From positions 14,237 through 78,236 of the IMG/VR virus record IMGVR_UViG_3300037041_000399: a stretch of 64,000 bases of DNA, one strand, 5' to 3'. Positions 49,544-60,573 of this stretch are shown piece after piece (position 1 is the first letter of the stretch; each line of letters begins with the position of its first letter). The notes beneath the pieces are model-generated. The model was given only the letters and a program-made list of their open reading frames with translations, was not told the origin of the DNA and ran no database searches. This DNA comes from a virus. The position numbers were made by a program, and so were the translations under genes.

Positions 49544-49872
49544 TGTTTGAATGTGATTGTTGCGGTAAGATATTTCACAATGCACCATCAATTATTGATG
49601 GCATTGACAAGATGTTTTGTTCTGGGCGTTGTTCTAAGCTTGAACAAGGCATGGTAACTGAGTACACTCATGCACAAAGAGAAGCTGTTAATAAGCATCT
49701 CGATAAAAAGAGTCTACACCCTAGAAAGAAACCTACAATAACTAATACACTAGCCTTATCACCTTCTTTAACTAAGGCTGAATATGACATGCAACGTGTA
49801 GAGTCAGATAGAATTGCTAGAGTTCTTAAGACAAGGGATAGAATGAGAAAGAATAATGTAAGGGGTCGTTGA
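49525..49872 (+). CDS. Small Cys-rich (CxxC...CSxxC) protein
   Basis: ECDCCGK...FCSGRC. Confidence 0.5.
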   Translation: MVGDTLVFECDCCGKIFHNAPSIIDGIDKMFCSGRCSKLEQGMVTEYTHAQREAVNKHLDKKSLHPRKKPTITNTLALSPSLTKAEYDMQRVESDRIARVLKTRDRMRKNNVRGR

Positions 49873-49873
49873 T

Positions 49874-50167
49874 ATGAATTCAGAACAGTATTTATTAGTA
49901 TGCCTAATGGAAGAGTTATCAGAAGCAGCACAAGAAGCTTCTAAGTGTATTAGATTCACACTAGATCATCAGTATGAAGAGTACGAACACACTAACAAGC
50001 AAAAGCTAAAGAATGAATTAGCTGATGTACAAGCTATTCTTATTATGCTGGCTAGCGAGTGCAATATTAGACTGAATTGCGATATGAAATCTCACATAAG
50101 GGATAAGATAGCCAAAACAGAAATGCGTATGATTTTGTCACAAGATATGGGAGTTTTAGGAAAATGA
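49874..50167 (+). CDS. MazG-like nucleotide pyrophosphohydrolase
   Basis: EELSE...NELADV (ExxE...ExxD) pattern. Confidence 0.65.
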   Translation: MNSEQYLLVCLMEELSEAAQEASKCIRFTLDHQYEEYEHTNKQKLKNELADVQAILIMLASECNIRLNCDMKSHIRDKIAKTEMRMILSQDMGVLGK

Positions 50168-50949
50168 TAGCACTAATCGATGCGGATGGTTTAACTTATT
50201 CTGTTTGTTTCAATAGAGAGAAGCAGAATGCAATTGTTAACCTCGATGATGAAGGTAATACAAGCTATACAGCTGAAGAGGAGGCTCAGTACAAAGCAGA
50301 AATCTTTAAAAACTTCTGTAGAGAGCTTAGAGAAGTTAGTGAGAATGTATTTGCAGAAGAGGCTCGAATTGTGTTACGCGGTAAAGGCAATTTTAGGCAT
50401 GAAGTAGATCCGTTTTATAAGTCTAAACGTAACGCAGGCGGTGTTAAGTACTACGCAGATGGTATTAAAGATGTAGCGCTAAGTCTAGAAATGGCGGTAC
50501 CTTCTACTGGTTGTGAGGCTGATGACTATATCAGAATGTGGGCAGAAGAGTTACGTGCAGAAGGCAAGGATTTTATTGTATGTACAACAGACAAAGATTT
50601 AAAGATGATCCCTGGTAAACACTACCATTTAAAGACTAAACAAATTAGTACTGTTACTGAGCATGAAGCACTAATGTCTTATCATCAGCAATTACTAATG
50701 GGTGATGCTGTAGATAGTATACCAGGTATCTGGAAAATGGGGCCTGTAAAGTCTGCAAAGGCTTTAAAGGATTGCACAACACTTGAATCCTTTCAAGAAG
50801 TAGTAATTGATGAATATATTAAAGCGTATGGTGATAAGTGGCACGAAGAGCTTACACTTACAGGAAAACTTATTCATCTATGGCGTTGGCCTGAAGACTA
50901 CTTTAGTTTGGATGAATGGCCATTGGCTAAGGAAATGTTAGGTACATGA
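50164..50949 (+). CDS. 5'-3' exonuclease / RNase H (T7 gp6-like)
   Basis: LIDADG, NFR...YKSKR, EADD, DKDL, GDAVDSIPGI. Confidence 0.9.
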   Translation: MIALIDADGLTYSVCFNREKQNAIVNLDDEGNTSYTAEEEAQYKAEIFKNFCRELREVSENVFAEEARIVLRGKGNFRHEVDPFYKSKRNAGGVKYYADGIKDVALSLEMAVPSTGCEADDYIRMWAEELRAEGKDFIVCTTDKDLKMIPGKHYHLKTKQISTVTEHEALMSYHQQLLMGDAVDSIPGIWKMGPVKSAKALKDCTTLESFQEVVIDEYIKAYGDKWHEELTLTGKLIHLWRWPEDYFSLDEWPLAKEMLGT

Positions 50950-51446
50950 AATTTGAAGGAGTCGTTCCTGTAGCGGCTCCAGTTTCGATTAGTAAATTCT
51001 CTAATGGACACTGGAGATATTTTAAACAAATGGGAGAGGATACAGCGTATGTGGGATTTATATATGCTATCTATGATAAAGTTCTTAAACGATTTTATAT
51101 TGGGAAGAAGAACTATAGAAGTGCTGGTAAAGCTACTTTCGGACGAGAGTCTGATTGGAAGAGATACAAGAGTAGTAGTTCAACAATTGCAGCTCACCTC
51201 AAAGAACGACCAGCAGAAGAATTTATGTATATCTGCTTGGGCGAATACAAGACAAAAAGTGGACTCGCTTGGGCCGAAACATGGTCGCTGGTAAGTATAA
51301 AAGCACCACTCAGAGAAGATGTGTACAACAAAAGGATAGAAGAAATCACATGGAAGATTAGTGAAGAAGTTACGAATGAGCATGTAAGTAGGCTGAATTT
51401 AATTTCAAGTGGGTATATTCCTTATGACGAGCAGAGAGATTGGTAA
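50946..51446 (+). CDS. GIY-YIG family nuclease
   Basis: GFIYAIYD...FYIGKK...WKRYKSSS. Confidence 0.7.
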   Translation: MKFEGVVPVAAPVSISKFSNGHWRYFKQMGEDTAYVGFIYAIYDKVLKRFYIGKKNYRSAGKATFGRESDWKRYKSSSSTIAAHLKERPAEEFMYICLGEYKTKSGLAWAETWSLVSIKAPLREDVYNKRIEEITWKISEEVTNEHVSRLNLISSGYIPYDEQRDW

Positions 51447-53046
51447 GACATCTTGCCCAAAGTGTAACTCTTCAGATGCAAGAGCACTCTATTCAGATGG
51501 CAAGAGTCATTGTTTTTCTTGTGGTACATCATTTAAACCGGATACAGCAATGGTAACAGACTTTAGAGGTACAGTTCCAGCGGTTAAGAATAAAGTGGCT
51601 CATGTAGATATTAGCACATTGAGATCTACTGCAATCAAAGAAAGAAAGATATCAAAAGATATAACGGAATTCTTTGGTGTTAAAATGCGCTTTGGTGAGG
51701 ACGGAGAAGTTGATGGACATTTCTATCCATATGGTGACTCTTATAAGATGAGAGCATTGCCTAAGACATTTACTTGGGTTGGTCCAAATACAAATAAATT
51801 ATTTGGTCAGGAAAAGTTCAATGGAGATGGAAAGCGATTAATCATTACTGAAGGTGAAATTGATGCAATGTCAGTTGCACAAGCAGCATTTGAAAAGTAC
51901 GGTAAGATATATCCAGTAGTTTCAATGTCATCTGCAACAGGCACAAAAGCTCTGCTAGAAAATAGAGAGTGGATTAGATCTTTTAATGAAGTTGTTTTGT
52001 GCTTTGATAATGATGATGCAGGTAAAGAAGCTACAGAAAAAGCTACTAAAATTATTGGTGTTGATAAAGTACGGCTAACAAAGCTGCCTGTTAAAGACCC
52101 TAATCAGTTACTGCTTGAAAAGGGTGGTAATGCATTAATGATGTGTATCTTTGAGGCAGCTAAGTATGTACCTTCTGGTATCATGCGTAGAGATGAGTTA
52201 TGGCAGGCAATGGTTGAGTACAATTCAATCCCTGTTGTGCCGTATCCAAATTGTTTAAGTGGCTTGAATACTAAACTCAAAGGTATGAGAGAACACACAA
52301 TAACTCTATTTACTTCAGGTACAGGTTCTGGTAAGTCTACAATCACTAGGGAAATTGCATTACATCTAGTGTCTACACAAGATACAATGGTTGGTATTGT
52401 AGCGTTAGAAGAACCACCAGCAGAGACAGCACGTAAGTTAGCGGGTATGGCTATTAGTAGAAATCCAGCCAATGAAGAGCTGTCTGTAGATGACTTGAAA
52501 TGTGGTTTTGATAGTGTATTTGGAGATGATAGAATCATGGTGCTTGATCATCAAGGCTCTATGGATGATACATCACTAATGGATAAGTTAGAATATATGT
52601 GCTTATCGGGATGCCGTTACATTATCCTAGATCACATAACAATTCTGGTATCTGAAGGAGTTGATGGCTTACAAGGCAACGAAGCTATTGACAGAACTAT
52701 GAATGATTTATTGAGGTTAGTAAACAAGTACCCTGTCTGGTTATGCTTAATTTCCCATTTAAGAAAAACACCTACAGGTAAGAAGTCGTTTGAAGAGGGT
52801 CAATTACCTTCTCTAGATGATATTAAAGGCTCAGGCTCTATTAAGCAAGTATCAATGGAGATTGTAGCTTTTTCAAGAGACATGTCAAATGATGATGAAT
52901 CAATTCGAAATCATATTAATATGCGAGTTTTAAAAAGCAGATTCACGGGACTAACTGGTTCAATACCTGGTGTAGATTACATACATGAAACAGGAAGATT
53001 AAGAGCTAGTGACTTTGGCCTAGACGATTTTATTACATTAGTATAA
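51424..53046 (+). CDS. Primase-helicase (T7 gp4-like)
   Basis: Zn finger CPKC/CFSC, TOPRIM ITEGEIDA and FDND, Walker A GTGSGKST, ILDHI; ATG at 51424. Confidence 0.95.
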   Translation: MTSREIGKTSCPKCNSSDARALYSDGKSHCFSCGTSFKPDTAMVTDFRGTVPAVKNKVAHVDISTLRSTAIKERKISKDITEFFGVKMRFGEDGEVDGHFYPYGDSYKMRALPKTFTWVGPNTNKLFGQEKFNGDGKRLIITEGEIDAMSVAQAAFEKYGKIYPVVSMSSATGTKALLENREWIRSFNEVVLCFDNDDAGKEATEKATKIIGVDKVRLTKLPVKDPNQLLLEKGGNALMMCIFEAAKYVPSGIMRRDELWQAMVEYNSIPVVPYPNCLSGLNTKLKGMREHTITLFTSGTGSGKSTITREIALHLVSTQDTMVGIVALEEPPAETARKLAGMAISRNPANEELSVDDLKCGFDSVFGDDRIMVLDHQGSMDDTSLMDKLEYMCLSGCRYIILDHITILVSEGVDGLQGNEAIDRTMNDLLRLVNKYPVWLCLISHLRKTPTGKKSFEEGQLPSLDDIKGSGSIKQVSMEIVAFSRDMSNDDESIRNHINMRVLKSRFTGLTGSIPGVDYIHETGRLRASDFGLDDFITLV

Positions 53047-53055
53047 GGAATATAA

Positions 53056-54060
53056 ATGACAGCACAAATATTGACACCTAGAGAATCCTATGGTGTAGAC
53101 TATCCTGCTGCAGTTGAATTTGCAATTAAACAAGCTGAAATAGCTTGGTTTGCACATGAGATTGAAGTGGAAAAAGATATTCATGAGTTAAGAACTAATT
53201 GCACCGAGGCAGAATATTTCGGTATTGTTAATACACTAAAGATCTTTGTACACTACGAAATACATGTTGGTAACAACTATTGGAGAGATTATATACCTAA
53301 GTTCTTTCCACGCCCAGATGTACAAAGAGCAGCTTCAGTGCATGCAATGACTGAGTTGAATATCCATGCTCCATTCTACTTCAAAATAAATGAGCTATTA
53401 GGTTTGAATACCGATGAGTTTATGAACTCCTACCAAGAAGACGTAATTCTTGCTGAGAGATTAGATTGGATGGAACGTGTAGTTTCTAAGCATGAGACTA
53501 CAATGGATAAGCTGACATCAGTAGCAATCTTCAGTATGATTGAAGGTGCAGTCCTATACTCATCATTTGCCTTCTTGAAGCACTTCAACTCAGACGGTAA
53601 AAACAAATTCCAGAATATAAACGCTGGCATTAATTTTAGTGCTATTGATGAAGATATTCATGCTAGAACGGGTGCCTGGATCTTTAATACAACACTCCAC
53701 GAAGCCCTCAACGATTCTGAAGAGTACATTAATTTAGAAGTTTTATACAACGATCTAGAAGTAACTGCATGGATCATTGCAGAAAATGAAAGAGATATCA
53801 TTAAGAAGATGTTCGAGTTTGGCCCAATTGAAGGTATTACACCTTTAATGTTAGAGAACTTTGTACAAAGTAGACTTGATCTGTGCTTAACTAGATTAGG
53901 TGCTAAAGTCTTGTTTGATCCAAAATATAATCCAATCGCTGATTGGTTCTATGATGATATTGAATCTAGTACCTTGCATGATACATTTATTGCTATGGGA
54001 AATGATTACAAACGCAATTGGACTGAAACTAAATTTACATGGAACATTCGAAATGACTAG
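53056..54060 (+). CDS. nrdB: Class I ribonucleotide reductase, beta subunit
   Basis: Di-iron motifs ELNIH, IEG...LYSSFA, DEDIH. Confidence 0.85.
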   Translation: MTAQILTPRESYGVDYPAAVEFAIKQAEIAWFAHEIEVEKDIHELRTNCTEAEYFGIVNTLKIFVHYEIHVGNNYWRDYIPKFFPRPDVQRAASVHAMTELNIHAPFYFKINELLGLNTDEFMNSYQEDVILAERLDWMERVVSKHETTMDKLTSVAIFSMIEGAVLYSSFAFLKHFNSDGKNKFQNINAGINFSAIDEDIHARTGAWIFNTTLHEALNDSEEYINLEVLYNDLEVTAWIIAENERDIIKKMFEFGPIEGITPLMLENFVQSRLDLCLTRLGAKVLFDPKYNPIADWFYDDIESSTLHDTFIAMGNDYKRNWTETKFTWNIRND

Positions 54061-55759
54061 TATTTATCGAGAATTAAGTATTGAAAGAAAAAGACTTCAA
54101 AAGGAAGGTAAGCTTCCTGAATGGGTTATTACTAATAGCTGGCAGCTCCTAAAGGAAAAATATGTTAGTGAAAAATATCCAGATCTACATTCGATCTATA
54201 CTCGTATTGCTAAGCACGCGAGTACTTACACAGATAGTCCTGCAGCTTGGGAAACCAAATTCTTCGAACTTCTCTGGAACGGTTGGCTTATTCCTTCTAC
54301 GCCTGTTTGTGCCAATATGGGGACGGGTAACGGATGCCCCGTATCATGTTCCGGAAGTACAGTCCAGGATTCAGTATTTGACTTCTATGCCAAGCAGCAA
54401 GAAGCAGCAGTCCTCTCTCAACAAGGATATGGTACGAGTAATTACTTGGGTCGTATTCGTAAACGTGGTGCTCCTATTACTGGTGTGGCCGGATCTGCTT
54501 CAGGCGTGTTACCAGTATTTAAAGGGTTTGTTAAGGTAGCACAAGATATTAGTCAAGGCTCACAGCGCAGAGGTGCTTGGGCAGGTTATTTGGAGATTGA
54601 ACATGGTGATTTTGACGAACTCGCTACTCACATTCTTAACTTTCCTGATGATGCTAATGTTGGTTGGATTATCAGTGACGATTTTACTCGTAGGTTAGCT
54701 GCTGGAGATAAGGATGCATTGAGACGCTATCAGAAGGCAATGAAACTTAGACTGTTAGGTAAAGGCTATTTCTTCTTTAAAGACAAAGTAAACAGAGCTA
54801 ACCCTCATGCGTACAAGAGAAGAGATCTAGAAGTTAATGCATCTAATCTATGTACTGAGATTACATTGTTTAGCGGTATACATGAAGATGAAGAGTATAC
54901 ATTCTCTTGTGTACTGTCATCGATGAATGCATCTAAGTATGATGAATGGAAAGGCACAGATGCTGTTTTCAATGCAACTGTATTCTTAGACTGTGTAAAT
55001 GAAGACCAAATCCGTATTGGCAGAACAAAGCCAGGTATGGAGCGTATTACAAGGTTTGCTGAAAAGTCTAGAGCATTAGGCTTAGGGCTGTTAGGCTTTC
55101 ATAGCTATCTACAGCAAAATATGATTCCATTTGAATCATTCGATGCACATTTAGTTAGTCAAGAGATATTCAAGTATCTTAATACTGAATCATTAATGGC
55201 TTCTAAGTGGATGGCTAAAGTGTGGGGTGAACCTGAGTGGTGCTTAGAGCTTGGTATTCGTAATACACACAGAATAGCTATTGCACCTAATCTCTCTAGT
55301 TCATTAATTGCAGGTGGTATGTCGCAAGGTATTGAACCGATATACAAGAATGCTTTTGTACAAAACACTGCCGGTGGTAAGATGAGAAGATCATCGCCTA
55401 TGCTAGTACATTTAATTGAAAAAGCAGGGCTTAATGTACAGGATACGCTGAAGGATATTATTAGAAATAATGGTTCTGTACAGCATGTAGAGTGGTTGTC
55501 TGACTTTGAGAAGGATGTATTTAAAACTGCATTCGAAATTAATCAGAAGACTATTCTAAAACTAGCAGCAGCTAGACAGCCTTATATTGATCAGGCTCAA
55601 TCTATCAATCTATTCTTTGATGCTGATGAGAGTGAAGAGTATATCTCTGAAATCCATCAAGAAGCATTTGAGTTAGAAGGTATTAAATCGTTGTATTATA
55701 TTCGCACTACTAACGGTGCAAGGACTAATAAAGATGAATGTATATCATGTCATGGGTGA
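54053..55759 (+). CDS. nrdA: Class I ribonucleotide reductase, alpha subunit (compact)
   Basis: STPV, PVSC, SQGSQRRG, SNLCTEI, GLGLLG, AIAPNLSSS, DQAQS, KSLYY, C-terminal CISCHG; likely start 54053. Confidence 0.92.
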   Translation: MTSIYRELSIERKRLQKEGKLPEWVITNSWQLLKEKYVSEKYPDLHSIYTRIAKHASTYTDSPAAWETKFFELLWNGWLIPSTPVCANMGTGNGCPVSCSGSTVQDSVFDFYAKQQEAAVLSQQGYGTSNYLGRIRKRGAPITGVAGSASGVLPVFKGFVKVAQDISQGSQRRGAWAGYLEIEHGDFDELATHILNFPDDANVGWIISDDFTRRLAAGDKDALRRYQKAMKLRLLGKGYFFFKDKVNRANPHAYKRRDLEVNASNLCTEITLFSGIHEDEEYTFSCVLSSMNASKYDEWKGTDAVFNATVFLDCVNEDQIRIGRTKPGMERITRFAEKSRALGLGLLGFHSYLQQNMIPFESFDAHLVSQEIFKYLNTESLMASKWMAKVWGEPEWCLELGIRNTHRIAIAPNLSSSLIAGGMSQGIEPIYKNAFVQNTAGGKMRRSSPMLVHLIEKAGLNVQDTLKDIIRNNGSVQHVEWLSDFEKDVFKTAFEINQKTILKLAAARQPYIDQAQSINLFFDADESEEYISEIHQEAFELEGIKSLYYIRTTNGARTNKDECISCHG

Positions 55760-55882
55760 AGCACACGTAACGTTAACTGGTGATAGCCACCAAAGACGTA
55801 AGCAGTTAAGACAACTGTATCGTACTTATAAATATGTACAGATGAAATTCTATTGCGGCTACTTTGTAAATAACACATATAT

Positions 55883-56218
55883 TTGTTGGAATTAATTATG
55901 ACATATTATCTTGCACTTTTCTTTAAAAAACATAATATCAAAAGTCGGTACGAAATTCTACCGAAAGATGAACTAATACTGCGAAAAGTTTTTGGTGCTT
56001 TATATGATCATCCGGTTGCTGTTAGGACAGCTGATAAGAAATTGATTCTTATTTTAAGTCCATACCGAACTGCATTAAGCGAAGGCGCTGTACAGAAGCA
56101 TAAAAGGTTTTTATATTCAGAGCCTTTATATCATAATGAAGCAAATTCATACTGCTTTGAATATGAGAATTTAGCTGAATTTAAAAGAGCTATAGCTAAC
56201 GCTAAAACTTGGCTATAG
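55883..56218 (+). CDS. Hypothetical protein
   Basis: ORF track. Confidence 0.45.
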   Translation: MLELIMTYYLALFFKKHNIKSRYEILPKDELILRKVFGALYDHPVAVRTADKKLILILSPYRTALSEGAVQKHKRFLYSEPLYHNEANSYCFEYENLAEFKRAIANAKTWL

Positions 56219-56228
56219 ATTTAACACA

Positions 56229-56253
56229 GGGAGGACTTCGGTCTTCCCTTTTT
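56229..56253 (+). terminator. Intrinsic terminator
   Basis: GGGAGGAC-TTCG-GTCTTCCC-TTTTT. Confidence 0.85.
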
Positions 56254-56266
56254 AACGGAGAGTAGT

Positions 56267-57580
56267 ATGAACACAGATGAAATATATGAATGCTTACAAG
56301 GTATTGCAGCAGAACCTTCTAAGAATGCTAAGATAGAAATGTTGGAATTCTATCTACAAGATGAAGAATTTGAAAAAGTAATTGTATATGCGTACAATCC
56401 ATTCATTACCTTTGGTGTACGTAAAGTGCCGAGTGTTTCACATAAAGTTGGTTTATTAAAGTCATTTGATTATGACACATGGGGTCTGCTTGACTTACTA
56501 AGCCAAAGATATGTAACAGGTAAGCTTGCAATTGAAACCTTATTAGCGACAATGAGAAAGCTTTATAACGGTTCTGAGGCGGTGTTAAGAGGTATTTTAG
56601 AAAAAGATCTCAGAGCAGGCTTTGATGCTAAGACTATTAACAAAGCTGTTCCTGGTTTAATACCTGTAGCAGCTTACATGCGATGTAGCTTACCTAAACA
56701 TGTTAAGATGAATGAGTTTCATTTCCCTGCATTTAGTCAGGAAAAGGCTGATGGTCTATTTGTAAACATTACGATAGAAGGCGCAGCTACTACAATGCTA
56801 AGCCGTAAGTATCAAGAAATGCCTGTTGAGTCTTATCGAGAGCTATTGATACAAGCAGAAGGTCTTAACGTAATTCGAGAAGGCTACCAAACACATGGTG
56901 AATTAGTTGTAGAAGTTAACGGTGTGCCGTTAGAACGTAAGACTAGTAATGGTGTGTTAAGACGTGTTAACCTAGGTGGTGAGTTTAAGAATGGTGAGTA
57001 CCCTGTATTTCATTATTGGGATATTGTACCAATCACATCTATAAGAAAGAATATAGACAATACTATGTACATGGATAGATATCAATCTATTAATAACTGT
57101 GATCGGAAATATGTCAAAGCGATTCCTTCTAAGTTAGTTACAACATTACAGGAGGCTGAAGACCACTTTGTAGAGTTGAGTAAACAAGGTAAAGAAGGCA
57201 CTGTACTAAAGTCTTACCGTGCTATTTGGAAGAATGGTGTTAGTAAAGAGATTGTTAAGTTCAAGAAGGAGCTACATTGTGAGTTAAGAGTAATTGACTT
57301 TAATCCAGGTACAGGTCAGAATGCTGATACATTTGGCTCTCTTAGATGTAGTACAGAAGATGGACAGCTTGTAGTTAACGTAGGCAATCTAACTGATGAA
57401 TTAACGTGGGAAATCCATGAGAATTATGATGGCTGGATGTATGCTATTATTGAAGTGACTTATTCATCTGTTATCACTAATGAGAAAGGTGAGTATAGTT
57501 TGTTTGAACCAAAATTTGTAGAGCGTCGATATGATAAAGACACTGCAGATACATTAGAATCACTGTTGGAGGTAAAATGA
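56267..57580 (+). CDS. ATP-dependent DNA ligase
   Basis: Motif I QEKADG, HGEL, EGTVLK, KFK, FEPKFVERRYDK. Confidence 0.9.
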   Translation: MNTDEIYECLQGIAAEPSKNAKIEMLEFYLQDEEFEKVIVYAYNPFITFGVRKVPSVSHKVGLLKSFDYDTWGLLDLLSQRYVTGKLAIETLLATMRKLYNGSEAVLRGILEKDLRAGFDAKTINKAVPGLIPVAAYMRCSLPKHVKMNEFHFPAFSQEKADGLFVNITIEGAATTMLSRKYQEMPVESYRELLIQAEGLNVIREGYQTHGELVVEVNGVPLERKTSNGVLRRVNLGGEFKNGEYPVFHYWDIVPITSIRKNIDNTMYMDRYQSINNCDRKYVKAIPSKLVTTLQEAEDHFVELSKQGKEGTVLKSYRAIWKNGVSKEIVKFKKELHCELRVIDFNPGTGQNADTFGSLRCSTEDGQLVVNVGNLTDELTWEIHENYDGWMYAIIEVTYSSVITNEKGEYSLFEPKFVERRYDKDTADTLESLLEVK

Positions 57581-57707
57581 TAGAATTTACAGGCGTTATG
57601 GAATGGTTAATAGAGGCTAGTTTAGTTGTTATAACAGGCTCATTGGCGGTAATTATATTTGCATTTGCAGTATTTGCTATTAAGAACATGTATGAGGATT
57701 TAATGAA

Positions 57708-58340
57708 ATGAGTAAACAAGCAATATTTACAGTAGGTATTAGTGGTTCAGGTAAGTCAACTTGGGCATGGCAACATCAAGATGAATGGCGGATAATCGAT
57801 AGAGATGTCATTAGACGTACACATCTTATTCTTAATGTTAAAGAGTACGATCCCTCAGAGGCTAATATGTGGGATCATTGGGATTTTGAAACAATGGAAG
57901 CTACTTGTAACAGACGTAGGGAAGAGCTTATTGAGGCTGTTCTTCTTGAAGGTAGTAATGTTATATTCGCAGATACAAATCTTAACTATAGAAAGTTAGA
58001 GCCTTTGATGCAGCGATTACTTAGAGAAGATTATAGTGTTAAGTTTCAATTCTTTCCGACAACATTAGAAGACGCTAAGTACAGAAATGCATGTAGACGT
58101 GATGCTGTGCCTGATCACTTGCTACAGCTTCAGTATACAGCTTATAATGCATTTAAAGGAGCACCTATTAGATTAGATTATGGTGATGTGCCTTTTGATG
58201 TAATACTTGACTGTATGACAGGAGAAATTGATGCCGTTGAAATAGCTGGTATTTATGTAGGTAATGTCTTAGCTGAACATGTAATAATGAGCCTAAGAGA
58301 CGATATAATTGAACTTAAATTAATGGATGTAAGACCATGA
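57708..58340 (+). CDS. P-loop kinase (polynucleotide-kinase-like, AAA_33)
   Basis: VGISGSGKSTWA, DRDVIR, DTNL, RNACR. Confidence 0.75.
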   Translation: MSKQAIFTVGISGSGKSTWAWQHQDEWRIIDRDVIRRTHLILNVKEYDPSEANMWDHWDFETMEATCNRRREELIEAVLLEGSNVIFADTNLNYRKLEPLMQRLLREDYSVKFQFFPTTLEDAKYRNACRRDAVPDHLLQLQYTAYNAFKGAPIRLDYGDVPFDVILDCMTGEIDAVEIAGIYVGNVLAEHVIMSLRDDIIELKLMDVRP

Positions 58341-59899
58341 GTGATAATTTTGCTGCATTAGTAGACCTATTAGGCTTTGACCAAACTGATGACCTTGATA
58401 ATATTTTAGGGCATGCTGTACTGGAGATATTGGATGCTAGGTACACAATTAAGGAAATGGGTGCTGAGCTTAGATATCAAAAAGCTAAGTATATTGAACT
58501 TCGTAAAAAAGCTTTATTAGCAGGAGCATTAAAATGAATTTTGAACATGATGTCGAGGGTGACTGGATTGATGATGATGAAGTCAACGATGAAGATCTGG
58601 ACTGGGACGATGAAGATGAATGGGATGAGGAAAACACATGAACATGTATCAAGAGCTAATTGATGAAGGTTGTAATATCCCAGACTTACTGAGAGCTAAC
58701 GCAGATAATGTGGGAGACATGAGTGTTTTATTAGAAGCAGCAGCTGCTCATATTGAGGCCTTAGAAGCTAACTTAAAAGATACAAGAGATTATTTTGCAA
58801 GGGTTGATAAAATTGCTAAGGCTATTAGCCAAAACAATAGTAACCTTCAAGAAACTTTAAGGATAGCTAAAGCATTTGGGAGAATCAAGTGATATTAACT
58901 GATGAACAAGAATGCGAGTACGACCCAGAGCCTGAAGAGCTTAATTGGGAAGAAGATGGCGACAGAATCCTAGGGCCACATGGCTATAATAGAAACTGTA
59001 TGTGTTATCAATGCAATCCACCGGGGTGAGTTATGTTAGATTATTGCGGTGAAGTAGAGTTCTATCCAATAGACGGAGACAATGACTGCTATGATTCCTA
59101 TACACCAAATTTTAGCAAAGCTGATTTTCCAAGTAGCCCAAAAAGGTCTGAGAAATATTTCATGCCTAATCATAATTATTATGATGTTTGGAGGAAGTTT
59201 GACAGAATCATTGAAAGAGCTACTTGCTATTCAATTTTAAGAGCTAATGTTTGGTATAATATACCTAAGAAGATTGTCAGAGAAATTAAAGACAATCAGA
59301 TGCTGGTATACAGGCCTGTTTTTAATAAAATTTGTAATCCACCGGGGTAATTATGGTTATCTTTTTAGTACTCTTGTATACTTACGCAAGTGTAGGTATA
59401 TTTGGAGTTCTGACAATGCTTTACAGTTTCTCGGATTTTGAAGCATTTTTACTAGTAACTTTACTAGGGCTAATAATATGGAGTCTAATATGAACATTGA
59501 AATACAAAAGAAGTACAAAACACAGTGTGGTTTTAAGGTTGAAATAAACCAAATTCTTGAACGTTCTCTATATCCAGTCATTGGTAGGTATTTTGACGGG
59601 GACTACAATGAGTGGATTGATGAGCGTTGGATGAATGATGGTAGATGTGACGATGCGGTTATTGACAATGATTTAGACTTAGTGGAGGAGTTATGAACAA
59701 GATTACAAATAGAGAAGTGATGGCATTTCTTCTTGGTACTTTAATAGCTACAGCATTACAAATTGTACGTGCAGATTTTAAGTATGAAGATTATCGTTTA
59801 GTACATCAAACAAACATCGGTGGCGTTGTAATCGATGGGAAGCACATCTTTGAGTTGGTGGAATTATCTGATCCAGCTCAAGGAGTAGTTAGAAAATGA
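58337..59899 (+). CDS. Run of small hypothetical genes (58337-58537, 58638-58892, 59033-59350, 59478-59696, 59693-59899 and shorter ORFs)
   Basis: Coupled ORFs. Confidence 0.5.
58534..58641 (+). CDS. 35-aa hyperacidic peptide (not in ORF track)
   Basis: MNFEHDVEGDWIDDDEVNDEDLDWDDEDEWDEENT; coupled by ATGA overlaps at both ends. Confidence 0.6.
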   Translation: MNFEHDVEGDWIDDDEVNDEDLDWDDEDEWDEENT

Positions 59900-60573
59900 A
59901 AATAAAAGTTGGAGGTAAATACAAAAACCGTAACGGTCATTTAGTTGAAATTGTAGAAGAGTTGTCTGGTGAGTCAATATACCCTTTCATTGATACAGCA
60001 GATTGTTCGTATACACCTGAGGGCAGTTATTTGATAGATCATCCTGACCATCGTAATAATTTAATTGAGGAGATTCACGTGTTTGATTTAAACAAAACGT
60101 ATGTAACAACATTTGGGCACCAGGTAATAATCCTAGCAAGAATTCCAAAAGATACATATCACATCCTTGGTCTTTATAAAAGTAATGATGATTGGAATGT
60201 AGCGACTTGGACGGAAGAAGGTATCTATGATGTAAACGAGCCTGACCGCCCTTTAAATATTGTAGAAGTAGATACTAATCAATTACGCACCCGTAACGGC
60301 ACTCTTGTTAAGATATATGAAAGATACCCTAATGAAATACACGGTGCTTACTTTTCAGATGGCGAGTGGAGGTCAGCTACGTGGACTGTTGAAGGTGGTT
60401 TTTATCAAACGGGAGAGGAACAGTCGTGTCTCGACATCGATTGGACACCACCTAAAAACTGGACGGCAGGCATCGAATTTTGCGCACAGGCGGGGGCAGG
60501 TGTGCCAACCGTGGGCAGGGCATTACACCAGCCACACCCTGCGGCAGTCGGGGCAGAGCGCGTCAACCTGTAG
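59896..60573 (+). CDS. Protein with three tandem copies of a ~60-aa repeat domain
   Basis: YKNRNGHLVEIV / YVTTFGHQVII / LRTRNGTLVKI each followed by ..(W/Y)TxEG.. Confidence 0.6.
   Translation: MKIKVGGKYKNRNGHLVEIVEELSGESIYPFIDTADCSYTPEGSYLIDHPDHRNNLIEEIHVFDLNKTYVTTFGHQVIILARIPKDTYHILGLYKSNDDWNVATWTEEGIYDVNEPDRPLNIVEVDTNQLRTRNGTLVKIYERYPNEIHGAYFSDGEWRSATWTVEGGFYQTGEEQSCLDIDWTPPKNWTAGIEFCAQAGAGVPTVGRALHQPHPAAVGAERVNL

Noticed and set aside
60513-60520. GGGCAGGG (KOPS-like octamer)
   Set aside because: Single occurrence inside a G-rich island; no evidence of polarised enrichment
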